64,000 bases of DNA, from contig NC_052148.1 in the NCBI RefSeq assembly GCF_902713615.1, forward strand, positions 104,587,098 through 104,651,097, in the 5' to 3' direction. Below are positions 51,662 to 63,844 of this stretch, in pieces (position 1 is the first letter of the stretch; every line of letters begins with the position of its first letter). The notes beneath the pieces are model-generated. The model made no database searches. It saw only the letters and a program-made list of their open reading frames with translations, and had not been told where the DNA came from. Source of the DNA: Scyliorhinus canicula. Lineage: Eukaryota. The position numbers were made by a program, and so were the translations under genes.

Positions 51662-51851
51662 TTAGTCACTATCTGAAGAGGGACTAGAACTTTCTGATGA
51701 GGAAGAAGTAGGATGCTTTTCCTTTTTCTTAACCTTTTGACGGGGTTTGTGACTTTTGTGCTTGCTTTTCTTCTTAGTTTTCTTCTCCTTTTTAAGATCT
51801 TTTTGCTTCTTGTTTTTGTTCTCACTTTTGCCTTCACTGGATGAACGAGAT
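51662..51851 (-). CDS. SREK1IP1: SREK1-interacting protein 1 (p18SRP), last coding exon
   Basis: ttgacag acceptor; reads (R)SRSSSEGKSENKNKKQKDLKKEKKTKKKSKHKSHKPRQKVKKKEKHPTSSSSESSSPSSDSD*, resembling the recalled human RSYSSSS...[32 protein letters not shown] tail; convergent neighbour of SHISAL2B as in human. Confidence 0.85.
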
Positions 51852-52309
51852 CTGTCAAGACCAATACATAATTAATTTCCAGCCATTCAAATTTTTCATA
51901 ATGCATGTCTGATGTGAGATGGAGTGTCTACTGACTAGGTGGCAGTATTCCTGCTTAAACCAAGCTTTGAATGTTAGATTGCTGTCCAATGGGGGTCCGA
52001 TGGGTGTGTCACACCCTCTCCCTATTTGCAAAGAGCTTTGGTTTCAACCCACTGAAGATAATAACTGTGAGGAAGGCAATTGGAAACATCTTTGCTACTC
52101 TTCCCCAGTAAATATTTAAAGAATCTCATCGGTCAGATTTTACTTAAGACTTTGTCAAGGGCAGAATACAATGGATAAACAGATTTGATAAAAACATTTG
52201 AATCCTAAAAAGTAACACGGTCTTGCAGATCCAATTGGACCAATGGAAAAAGTAGATTGTGCATTTTGTTGACATGGGGAGAAACAAACCGTAATTGAAG
52301 TCCATTCTT

Positions 52310-53170
52310 CATAGAATCATAGTACATTACAGACAGAGGTTGGCCCACCAGGCTGAAAAAGAGCCACCACCTAATCCCACTTTTCAGCCTTGTAGGATCT
52401 GACACTTCAAAAGTGATTTCTAATTATTTTTTAAACGTGATAGCAGTGAGTTCCTGTTCCCCACCACTCTCTGGGTGAAAATAAATCTCTCAACTTCACT
52501 CTAATTCTTCTATGAATTATTTAAATTTATGTACCTTGGTTATTGACCTCTTTGCAGAGGGCAAGAGGTCCTTCTTACCCAAACTCTCTAGGTCTCTCAT
52601 CATTTTATACACATCAATTAAATCTCCCTTCTGACTCCTATGTCCCAAAGAAAACAACTCCATCCTATCCAATCTTTCCACATCTCTAAAATTCCCCATT
52701 CCTGACAACATCTTTGTAAATTTCCTCTGCACCTTCTCCAGTGTGATCATATTTTTCCTAAAATGTAGTCAACAGAATACTACACAGTACTCTAGCTGTG
52801 GGCTAACTAATGTCTTATACAGTTCTAGCGTAACTCTCCGGCTCTTATTTTCAAAGCCTCAGTTAACATAGGTCAATATCTCGTATGCTTTCTTAACTAC
52901 CATCCTACTACCTTTGGAGATGTGTAGCTATGTTACGCTGCTCTTCTCAGTATCGCATCATTTATTGTGTATTTCCTTGTTTACCCTCCCCAAATGCAAT
53001 ACTTCACACTTATCCAGATGGAATTTAATTTATCACTTCTCTGACAATGTACTGTCAATCAGGCATCTTCCTGCAGCTTCGATATATAAAGCTTTCTTCC
53101 TCACTTGCAACCACATGGCAATCTTTCTGTATCATCTACAAACTTCTCAATGATGCCCCCTACATTTAAG
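52310..53170 (-). mobile_element. Old CR1 3' fragment (intronic)
   Basis: LEKVQRKFTKMLSGM...LFSLGHRSQKGDLIDVYKMM. Confidence 0.8.
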
Positions 53171-54349
53171 AATGAAAGAAAGATGAAACAAGTTCTGTAT
53201 GCTCTTTCTTACATTAACCGACTGTAAGTTAACAACTCAATTCACAAAATATCGCTTGTAACTTTGTTTAAGTAGCAAAATCGGAAATTGAAATTGGCTA
53301 TAATAGGATAGACAAAGATATGATATTTGAGCAAAATTGAAGCAATAGAACAAAATAATTTTTTTAATTACGAAAAGGGACGCAATTGCGTGCCAAGTTC
53401 CTATGCCCACCTTCCACCCCTTTAGGGAGAAAAATTAACCATTTCAGCAGACAGCTGATTTGTTCTAAATCGCCCAATTAATTGCGTGCCTAGGAGCATG
53501 TATAGGTCTATGTTAATTTATATAATGTTTAATTGTGGATTTGTGGGAACTCAACACACCAGCTGAATGTGGAAGTTATTAGCATAGTCCAGAGGAATTT
53601 GTAATAAGTGTGAGAATTGTATTATGTTCGTCACATCCTCGTAGATAAGGAACAAACATTATTGCAGGTGGTGATTTATTTGGTTGAGAATGAGTCTTAA
53701 ATTTTGAATCAACAGAGAACTGACACCTGTAAAATCAGGCATTGAAAATTTACTTAAATGGAACAAAACAATTTAAGTTATAATGAAGTTACAAAGGGAA
53801 TTGGGAAAACAGCAATGTTAATAGTGATAATTACAGGAGGTGAGATGACAAGATGTCGCACCCGCTGCTTGTGTGATCTGACAATCTGTTTCCCACCACC
53901 TAAATCCCACCTAGTCACAAATAAGGTTAAGGTAATTGGGAAAGGGTAAAAAATAAGTTTGTAGCAAACATTGTAGTTCTGATGATGTGTGAAAAGCGAA
54001 CATGAAAAAAAAAAAGAGGTAAATTAACACAAAATCCTTTTCTGCATGAAGGATTCCTAGTGTGTTTGTAAGTGCTGTCTGTGTCAGCGAACGGATGGCT
54101 TGTTAACCCCCCTGTGGATGTCATTTAAGTTTATTCCTTGCCTGTTTAATATGTGCGATTCCCATGCTTCTAGGAAATTATGAAAGCATAAAAGTGATCA
54201 CCGGGTGTGCCTAAATTTGTAGTAAGGGATTGTGAGTTTGCAGTGGCTCTCGCAACACGTTGATCAATATACAATTGTTCTGTGTGTGAGAATGCTCCGA
54301 TTATTTTGTGGAAAAGAGAGAAAAAAACACAATAGAATAGATAAGAAAC

Positions 54350-55035
54350 AACCTTCCCCCTTGGTGGAGGGATCAATAACCAGGGGGCATAGATTTAGGG
54401 TAAGGGTGGGGGAGATTTAGAGGGAATTTGAGGAAAAACGTTTTCACTCACAGGGTGGTGGAAGCTGGGACGCACTGCCTGAAAGGGTTGTGGCAGCAGA
54501 GATCCTCATAACATTAAGACGTATTTAGATGTGCATGTGCGATGCCAAGGCATACAAGGCTATCAGGAGTGTGATGGAATACCCTCAACTTGCCTGGATG
54601 AGTGCAGCTCCAACAACATTTGAAGCTTTGCACCATTCAGGAGAAAGCAATCTGCCAGATTAGCACCCAATCCCCCACCATAAACATTCACTCCTTCTAG
54701 CAACGACACAAAGTGGTAGCAATGTCTACAACATGCACAACAGCAACTCATCAAGGCTCCTTTGTCGGCACCTTGCAGCCAGTGACATCTGCCACCTAGA
54801 ATGACAATGGCCGAAGATGCATGGGAACACATCTGCAAATTTTCCTTGAAACCACATAGCATCCTTACTTGGAACTATGTCGCCATTTCTTCACTGTCGA
54901 TGAGTCAAAATCCTAGAACTCCCTGCCTAACAACACTGTGGGTGGACCCGTGCCACATGGACTGCAGCGGTTTAAGAAGGCAGTTCGCCACCACCGCCAA
55001 CTTCTCAAGGGCAATTCGGAAAGGGCAATAACACC
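54350..55035 (+). mobile_element. CR1 3' fragment (54350-54562) followed by the 3' part of the CR1/L2-group family seen at 24400-24922
   Basis: PLVEGSITRGHRFRVR; GGATGAGTGCAGCTCCAACAAC...GGGCAATTCGGAAAGGGCAATAA. Confidence 0.75.
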
Positions 55036-55479
55036 GATACCCTCATTTTGTGAAATATAAACACCCTAACTCCAGAACAAAATTAACCAATAACTCAATT
55101 CCATTCATATCTAATAGGTAAGGGAAATAATTAAGAATAACCCTTAGTGCTATTCTTTTAAGCTTCATACCATAATCTAGTGCAACTAGAAAGTGTTGCC
55201 CCAATGGCTACAACTTGGACATAAAAAGGTAATTCAGACACTCAAGTTTGTTCCATCATTCAATTAGACTATGACATTTTATTTCCATCGATCCACCATG
55301 ATTCTATAAATGTCAACACCCTTGTCCAAACAGCTATCAATCTCAGTTTTGAAAATTTAAATTGACCCAGCTGCAACAGCTTTTCAGGGTAAAGTTTTAA
55401 AATTCCCACTACGCTTTACATTAAGAATTGTTTCTTGACAAATTCCCGAGTTGCCTAACTTAAATTTAAAGGTGGATAG

Positions 55480-57190
55480 GTGCAGGGAGGAAATTCCAGA
55501 GTCTAGGCCCTGGGTATGGCTCCTAATGTGAAATGATTTAAAATCAGGGATGTTCAAGTGTCCAGAATTAAATGAGCACAGTTAACTCATGAGGATTGTG
55601 GGTCTGGAGAAATTACAGAGATGGGGAGGAGTGAGGACATGGAGAGTTTTGAAAATAAGGATGAGAATTTTTAAATCAAGACATTGCTTGACCAGGATCC
55701 AATGTAAGTCAGTGAGCAAAGAGGTAATAGGTGAGCGGGACTTGGTGCATGTCAAGACAAAGGCAGTAGAGTTTTAGATGACCTCAGGTTTATGGAGGGT
55801 AGAACATGGGAGAACAGCCAAAAATACATATTAATTCCAGTAACATAGGAATTAGGAGCAGAAGTAGGCAATTCAACCCTTTGAGCCTGCTCTGTCATTT
55901 GATCAGATCATGGCTGTTCTCTTCCTGGTCTACAGGTTACAAAGGTATGAATGATGATTTCAGCAGCAGATGAGCAGCGAAAGTTGAATGATGTGAAGGA
56001 GGGGGAAATAGGTGACCCTAGTGCTGATACAAATACACTTTCGGAAGCTCATTTCAGGGTCAAAATATGACAACAATATTACTCCCGGACAGTTGTCAGG
56101 GAGAGGTTGGAGTTAGGGATGAAGTTTCCAGCAGACAGGAAACAAAAGCTACAAATTTCCCAATGGTTAATTAGAGGACATTTCTGCTTGTCCATTTCTT
56201 GATATCAGATAAGCAGACTGACAATTTTAGCAAGAGTAGATCAGTTGAGAGAGGAGATGGTGAGGTAGAACTGGTTGTTGTCAGCGCACATGTGAAAATT
56301 AATTATGTGCTTTTGGATGATGATGTCGCCTATGAGCAGTATGCAGATGAGAAATAGGAGGGGGCCAAGAATAGATTCTCGGGGAACAACCAAAGTAATA
56401 ATCTGAAAGGAGAATCCATTGCAAGTGATACTCTGATTACGAATTGAATGTGTAACCACAATACCCTTAGGTAGTAATTTTGACCCAGTAAGAATTTTAC
56501 AGATTTCAATGAGATCGTCTCTTACTCTTCTCAAATCCAGAATATTACTTAGTCTCTCATCCCAGGACAACCCTCATCTCGGGACTAATTTAAGGAAACC
56601 TTGCTGTATCCACCACTGATGCATGTATATCCTTTCTTAAATAGAGAGACGTTGAGAGCAGTTACACCAAACTGGATGACAGGGGAAGGGGATTAGAGGA
56701 TGGTCTGGTTAAACTTGACAAAGTCTGAAAACAAGTTGAGTAGGATGAGGAGGATTGTTTATCTTGTCACAGTTACATAGGATGTAATTTGTGACTCTAA
56801 TAAGGGCCATTTGGTATTGTGGCAGGAGTAGAGACTCATTTTGAGAAAATCAAACATGGGAGTTCTGGGAAAAATGGGAATGGATTTGGGAGGCAACATG
56901 TTCAAGGACTTTGGAGAGGAAAGGGCGGTTAGAGATAGGTTGATAGTTTGCAAGGATGGTCTGGTCAAGGGTTTTGTTTTGAGGAGAGTGGTGATGACGG
57001 TAGATTTAAAGGTGAGAGGGGAAACCCTGAAGAGAGGACCTTTAACAATATCGGCTATGGGAATCAGGAGAAGTTGGATGGCCACCCAGATTAATAGGGA
57101 TAGGGTTGAGGGAGCAGCAGGTGGGTCTTATGGACAAGATGAGCTCAGTGAAAGCAAGAGTTGAGGCAGGAGAGAAACTAGAGCTAGGGG
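55480..57190 (-). mobile_element. Old L2 LINE fragments
   Basis: PRESILGPLLFLICILLIGDII...FHMCADNNQFYL; FKSTVITTLLK...INLSL, L2-type RT motifs. Confidence 0.72.
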
Positions 57191-57874
57191 GAAACTTTAG
57201 AGAAGTTATTATTAAAATTCTAATAATTTGAACCTGAACACAAACTTGTTTTGATGATTTTTAATTTAATACTCACTAAATATCATTATCGAGGAGTCAA
57301 TGTAGGGTTGGTATCTAACCAAGTAACTGAAATATAAGCTGAATAATTGACAACAAATAACAGAACAAATAACACGCCTATAAAAATCTTCACTGCTCAG
57401 TGTGGCTTCATTGGCCTCACAATGAATGTTTAAAAATAAAACCTGCAAAATAAACCTTTGCTCCTAATAAGAATATAAACAATAGGATTAAGTCATATTG
57501 TCTCATGAGACTGTTTTGCCATTCAACAGGATCACAGATGATTTTCTGCATCAACACATTCCTGCCTGTTCCCTATATCCCTTGATTCCCTAAGGGACCA
57601 CAACTCTTATCACAGCCGTGAATAAACTTATCGATGAAGCATTTTCAATCCTCTGAGGTAGATAATTGCAAAGTTTCACAACTCGAGTAAAAAAATTTTT
57701 TTTCAGCTTAGTCCTAAGTAGCTGGCAACTCAGGGATGAGATTTCAGATGGCACGTTATTAATGCCTTCTGGAAATCCAAGTATATTATATCTACAGTAG
57801 CAATAATGCCAAATAAACTTTAAATAAACAATAATCCACGATTGCTTTCAACACTTTAAAAATTTAATTTACAG

Positions 57875-58855
57875 ATGTAGTTCAATGTAGAGAAGTGTGG
57901 TGATTCATTTAGGCAGGAGGAATATGGAGAGATAGTACAAAATAATGGGAGAAACTCTAAAGGATATGCAAGAACAGAGGAATCTTGGTGTATGTGGACA
58001 TAAGTTATTGAAAATGGTGGGGCAGGTTGAGAGAACAGTTAAGAATGAAATGAAATGAAAATCGCTTATTGTCACAAGTAGGCTTCAAAAGAAGTTACTG
58101 TGAAAAGCCCCTAGTCGCCACATTCCGGCGCCTGTTCGGGGAGGCTGGTACAGGAATTGAACCGTGCTGCTGGCCTGCCTTGGTCTGCTTTAAAAGCCAG
58201 CGATTTAGCCCATATAGTATCTTAGACTTTATTAATAGGGGCATTGAGTACAAGAGTAAGGTCATGTTGAACTTGTATATGATACTAGTTAGTCTTATCT
58301 GGAGTATTGCATCCAGTTCTGCGCACCATACTTGTGGAAGGATGTGAAGGTATTGAAGAGATTACACAAGAGGAGATTCATAAGAATGATTCCAGGGATA
58401 AACAACTGCAGCTACAAGGATAGATTGGAGGGTTTGGGAATGTTTTCCTTGGAGAAAAGAAGGCTGTGAGGAAACCTGATAGAGATATTCAAGATCCTGA
58501 GGGGTATGAACAGGGTAATTAGTGAGAAACCATTCTCACTCAAGACAGCATCAAGAACCAGAGGCCACAGATTCAATATGATTGGTAATTGATAAACAAA
58601 ATAATTGATGTGAGGAAATCATTTTCTACAAATAAGGTTGGTGAAGTCTGGAATATATCCTGAGACAGTGGCAGAGGCAGGTTCGATCAAGGAATTCAAA
58701 AGGGAACTGGATTGCTATCTGAAAAGAAAGAATGTACAAGGTTACGGGGATAAGTTAAGGAAGTGGAACAAGGGAGACTGCTCTTTCAGAGAGCCAACAC
58801 GAACTCGATAGGCCGAATGGCCTCCTTCTGCACTGTAAAGATTCTGTGATTGTGA
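57875..58855 (+). mobile_element. Old CR1 3' fragment containing a minus-strand L2-type tail insertion (58044-58210)
   Basis: FINRGIEYKSKVMLNLY; tail GCCGAATGGCCTCCTTCTGCACTG; insert ends in (GAAAT)n. Confidence 0.78.
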
Positions 58856-58969
58856 TTGAACATGACAATTTTGCCAACTTGGGAGTCAGAGTTAAAGCTG
58901 TTAGCGTCAGTAATGTACAGCTACATTGTGCTTAGCAAAAATATACTTACCATTCAGCAGCACATTTAC

Positions 58970-59048
58970 CTTTTTCTGCGTTCATCTCTTGTCTTATCCC
59001 TCCTTTTCTTCTTGTGATGTTCATTCTTTTCACCAGCATGCTTTGTTT
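58970..59048 (-). CDS. SREK1IP1: SREK1IP1 penultimate coding exon
   Basis: ttttgtag acceptor, AAG|gtaaat donor; 79 nt reading xTKHAGEKNEHHKKKRRDKTRDERRK(R); phase 2 joins exon 51851 as AG|A = Arg. Confidence 0.78.
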
Positions 59049-60629
59049 CTACAAAATATTAGCAGAGGAAATGTATTAAATAAAATGCTATGCTCAAAAA
59101 AAGTTTTACAACATCTGTACAACTGACCTGATTTCCACCCAAATCAGGAGTGCCAAAATTGGAGGTTGCGACAGAATGAGCAATTAGGGTTGCGAGATCC
59201 CTCTCCTCTGAAGCAGCAATGACCACTGCTGAGACAAAACTTGATCCTAATGGAACTCTTTTTAAATAACTACAACTCCTAGCGTGGTCTGTGGCGAGAC
59301 TGGCTGGTTATTGTGAGATCTGCTGAAGCCCCCCTTCATCCTGCTGCTGGGGCGTTTTAATTATCGTTCATGTATTTAGGAGGAGTGGGTCAGTGGCAAT
59401 CGTTCCAGCTTTATGATACTGAATAAATTAGGGGTTTTGATATAACAGAGAGGGGTGGAGGAATTCTCTCTCAATTGCCAAGGATCAATTTGGGCAAAGC
59501 TTAGTTGGAGAAGCCAAGTGGTGGCAATAGGTGCTCGGGCACCATGGAGTTGGTACAACTTGCATTTTAGAAGTAGGAAAGTCCCTTCCACAACCCTGCG
59601 ACTGCACTGGCCTTCTTCGAACAGCGAGATATATTAAATGCACATCTCACTCCCGATCAAGATTTGGCTTCAAGTTTGATGCTGGTCAAAACATCATACT
59701 GATAATTTGATTAAATTAAACTAAAATGATCAGAAAAGGCTGGGCTATATTACATTCCAAAAGTTCTATTCTATGAAAATCGAAGTTTTAAAGTGAGGCT
59801 CTATCGTTTAACACCGTCTTCAGAGCATTCAAAGTGGTACAATACTCAACACAAACTTATTCATTTAAAGTATTTAACACATATATAACTGACCTTTCCA
59901 GTCCAACCACTAATATTTCCAGCAGACTTAGTCTGATAACATGCTTGAATTGTTGTTGCATTTCAAATGCTTCTTGCTGACACAGCAGTAGATGAATAGC
60001 TACGTTTTTATGCAAATTCTCAAAAAGTCTCATTATGTCTAAAATATGTCAAAACGGAGGCCAGGCTTAAAAAAAAATTCTCTAGGGGACTCCAGAATAT
60101 TGTGGACCTCACTTCGGTCATTATTGGCAGCAAAGCCTTCAGCCACTGTGCTTCTGCTGCACTCCACATTCAAAAGGCCTCCTCAAAACTTATGAAATGA
60201 GTTATCTGACAACCCTTTGAGCCAGCTCCCAACTCTGAAATGCCAGTTATCCTTTCTCCCCGGAGACCCACATTACCCAAACCTAATCACCCTCTCCCCA
60301 CTTGCCCCTGTCCCAATCCCAATCTGACACGAACCCCACCGTGCCAAATTTCTGACTACCCTGACAGTTAGTACAAACTAGAAACTTAACTGCACCAGCC
60401 ATATGAATTCTGAGGCTACAAGAGCAGACCACAGACTGTTGCTGTGAAGAGAGTGTTTCATCTTCTGACGCTCAACAACTTTCCATCAGGCAAAAGGTAC
60501 AAGTCAGTCTAATGAGTATTCTTCACTTGCCCAGATTAGTGAAGCTCAATCTTCACTAATTTACTATGATTCTGTTCGGGACTGTTAAAAAGAAAGCTAG
60601 ACTCCAGTATTCAACCAATGCAACTATGC

Positions 60630-61847
60630 ATTTTTCTTTGAGAAGGTGACTGAACAGGTAGACGAGGGTAGAGCAGTTGATGTGGTGTATATGGATTTCA
60701 GTAAAGCGTTTGATAAGGTTCCCCACGGTCGGCTATTGCAGAAAATACGGAGGCTGGGGATTGAGGGTGATTTAGAGATGTGGATCAGAAATTGGCTAGT
60801 TGAAAGAAGACAGAGAGTGGTAGTTGATGGGAAATGTTCAGAATGGAGTTCAGTTACGAGTGGCGTACCACAAGGATCTGTTCTGTTTGGGCCGTTGCTG
60901 TTTGTCATTTTTATAAATGACCTAGAGGAGGGCGCAGAAGGATGGGTGAGTAAATTTGCAGACGACACTAAAGTCGGTGGAGTTGTAGACAGTGCGGAAG
61001 GATGTTGCAGGTTACAGAGGGACATGGATAAGCTGCAGAGCTGGGCTGAGAGGTGGCAAATGGAGTTTAATGTGGAGAAGTGTGAGGTGATTCACTTTGG
61101 AAAGAATAACAGGAATGCGGCATATTTGGCTAATGGTAAAATTCTTGGTAGTGTGGATGAGCAGAGGGATCTCGGTGTCCATGTACATAGATCCCTGAAA
61201 GTTGCCACCCAGGTTGATAGGGTTGTGAAGAAGGCCTATGGTGTGTTGGCCTTTATTGGTAGAGGGATTGAGTTCCGGAGCCATGAGGTCATGTTGCAGC
61301 TGTACAAAACTCTGGTACGGCTGCATTTGGAGTATTACGTACAGTTCTGGTCGCCTCATTATAGGAAGGACGTGGAAGCTTTGGAACGGGTGCAGAGGAG
61401 ATTTACCAGGATGTTGCCTGGTATGGAGGGAAAATCTTATGAGGAAAGGCTGATGGACTTGAGGTTGTTTTCGTTAGAGAGAAGAAGGTTAAGAGGTGAC
61501 TTAATAGAGGCATACAAAATGATCAGAGGGTTAGATAGGGTGGACAGCGAGAGCCTTCTCCCGCGGATGGAGGTGGCTAGCACGAGGGGACATAGCCTTA
61601 AATTGAGGGGTAATAGATATAGAACAGAGGTCAGAGGTGGGTATTTTACGCAAAGAGTGGTGAGGCCGTGGAATGCCCTACCTGCAACAGTAGTGAACTC
61701 GCCAACATTGAGGGCATTTAAAAATTTATTGGATAAGCATATGGATGATAAGGGCATAGTGTAGGTTAGATGGCCTTTAGTTTTTTTTCCATGTCGGTGC
61801 AACATCGAGGGCCGAAGGGCCTGTACTGCGCTGTATCGTTCTATGTT
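60630..61847 (+). mobile_element. Relatively young 5'-truncated CR1 (open 372-aa RT C-terminal ORF 60646-61764)
   Basis: YMDFSKAFDKVPH, GVPQGSV, SKFADDTK; (TTCTATG) tail; CTATGC duplication at 60624-60629 and 61848-61853. Confidence 0.93.
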
Positions 61848-62540
61848 CTATGCCACATGATTGCATTTTTTAAAAAAATCTTTATTGCAGATGAAAATTA
61901 AGCCATGCAAGCACTATTATCTTAACACTATAGTTGATAATGTCATAAACTCAGTCTTATCTTTCATTTCTAAAAGTTCCCTTATACATCACAAAAATCT
62001 GGACGGTTCATTCATTTTCCCTGTGACCAACACAAAGTTATGCCAAAATCCACAGTGTTCATATGATCATTCTCGGTAAATTTCTGTGTGGGTCCTTCGA
62101 ATACCTTTTTGGTTGCGTGATCTTCCATCTTTTATTTGTATACTTCATGTCTATGGGTGTCTTAACACATTCTTCGGATTACCAGCAGACAACTAACTTC
62201 CTACAGCTTTTCAAGCTCTTTGAGGACCACTGTTGATTAATACCACTAGTTGCAAATCTTCCAGCTGTTATTATAAGAGTCCCACTTGCGTTCTGTAATG
62301 ATGAAATGAATATTTTCTCTGCTTAATGCAGGCTTAACTATCATCTCTTCTTGTCTCTCTGAATCCAGAGGAGATGCAATCTACGCCAAAGTAAAGCTGC
62401 AACTGTCTCAGTCTGTTCCCCGAACTGAATGGATTGCATCTGTCAGCAAGCACACAAAATGTAATTTAAAAGAAAGAACCTTTCAACCAAGACTCCACCC
62501 TGAATCAATATCTTTAGGTCGATTTGGAATGGTTCAACAT

Positions 62541-63114
62541 CAGATTCTCCGACCCCCCGCCGGGTCGAACAATCGCCGGGGTGCGGCGTGAATCCCGAAT
62601 TCTCCAGCGCTGTAGATTTCGCGGGGGCGGGAATTGCGCCGCACCGGTCGGCGGCAGCTCGCAGCCCCTTCCCCCCCCCCCGGCGATTCTCCGGCCTGTT
62701 ATGGGCCGAAGTCCCGCCCGTTCTATGCAGGTCCCGCCGGCATGGATTGGAGTAGGTCCCTTACCAGCGGGACCTAGCGGCGTGGGCTGGCTCCGAGGTC
62801 CTGGGGTTGGGGAGGGGGCGCGCGGGGCGATGTGGCCCCTGAGGGGGTGCCCCCACGGTGGCCTGGCCCGCAATCGGGGTCCACCGATCCGCGGGCGGGC
62901 CTGTGCCGTGGGGGCACTCTATCCCTCCATCGTGGACGCTTACACGGTCGGCGCGAAGGTGAACCCCCCTGCGTGCGCATGCGCAGGGATGATGTCAGCA
63001 GCCTGAAGGTGCGGAGGATTCCGCACCTTTGGGGCAGGCCGACGCCGGAGTAGTTCCCGCCACTCCACTGCGCCGTTTCTGCCCGCCCTGCCGATTCCCG
63101 GAGAATCCCACCCC
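62541..63114. mobile_element. CpG-rich Harbinger-type MITE
   Basis: Inverted ends GATTCTCCG ... CGGAGAATC; high GC and CpG; no coding signature. Confidence 0.75.
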
Positions 63115-63115
63115 A

Positions 63116-63222
63116 GGGTGGCACGGTAGCACAGTGGTTAGCACTGATGCTTCACAGCACCAGGGTCCCAGGTTCGATTCCCGGCTTTGGTCACTGTCTG
63201 TGGGGAGTCTGCACGTTCTCTC
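63116..63222 (+). mobile_element. V-SINE head fragment
   Basis: GGGTGGCACGGTAGCACAGTGGTTAGCACTG...GGTTCGATTCCC. Confidence 0.85.
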
Positions 63223-63229
63223 TACGAGT

Positions 63230-63838
63230 AATTGCTATGGGGTTAATATCTCCAAGCAAGGCTGCTAACCTAGAGTGACATGCAAACCACTCTGCCCGAT
63301 TTCTAACCCAATGTATTTGAATGCGCCAGAGGCCTGACTTGAACTCCATTCTAAGCCTGTTAATAACAGTATTTTCAAATTCGCTACTAATCCCACAAAT
63401 AAAATCACCCACATGCATCATGAAGATGTCCAGATGTCCATGGTGCAATAAAACATTGCAGCGTCTGCTTTCAACTGGAGACAGCGGAACTATAACAAAA
63501 CCAAACTCACTGAGAAATACAAAATTCTGGAGGTGTCATTTGACTCGTATACACATTTATATAACTTCCACAGTACCCCTTCTGTGTTTGGCGCCTCTTT
63601 CGGAGGACAAAAAAAAAATTCTCTTTGAGGCTGATGCCCCTCGAGAAAAGCAGCTTTAATATCTATCAATTTGTATTCCCAAGCATTTGTGACTAATAGA
63701 GCCAAGATGATCTTCAAAATAACCTTCCCTGTTGTAGGTGAATTTACCCTTACACCTTGGTCACCCAAGTATTCTTAAAAACCTCGTGCCACCAGCCTGG
63801 CTTTGGCCTTGTAAGTTCCATCAAGTACCACCTTTTCC
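63230..63838 (-). mobile_element. Ty1/Copia reverse transcriptase fragment (decayed)
   Basis: KARLVARG (~63785-63805), NSPTTGKVILKIILA...IDIKAAFLEG...PPKEA...LWKLYKCVY, MHVGDFICG (degenerate HVDD). Confidence 0.78.
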
Positions 63839-63844
63839 GTGGCC

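Noticed and set aside
51616-51906. 96-aa Lys/Arg-rich ORF in the ORF track
   Set aside because: Alternative frame over the real SREK1IP1 exon; the splice-compatible frame ends at TAA 51662-51664.
61980-62515. Possible Copia gag/protease remnant linked to the RT at 63230
   Set aside because: Motifs are too degraded, and the position would be downstream of RT on the minus strand, which is the wrong order.
62514-63124. CpG island and overlapping GC-rich ORFs as a promoter or novel gene
   Set aside because: Bounded by MITE inverted repeats; GC richness explains the open frames.
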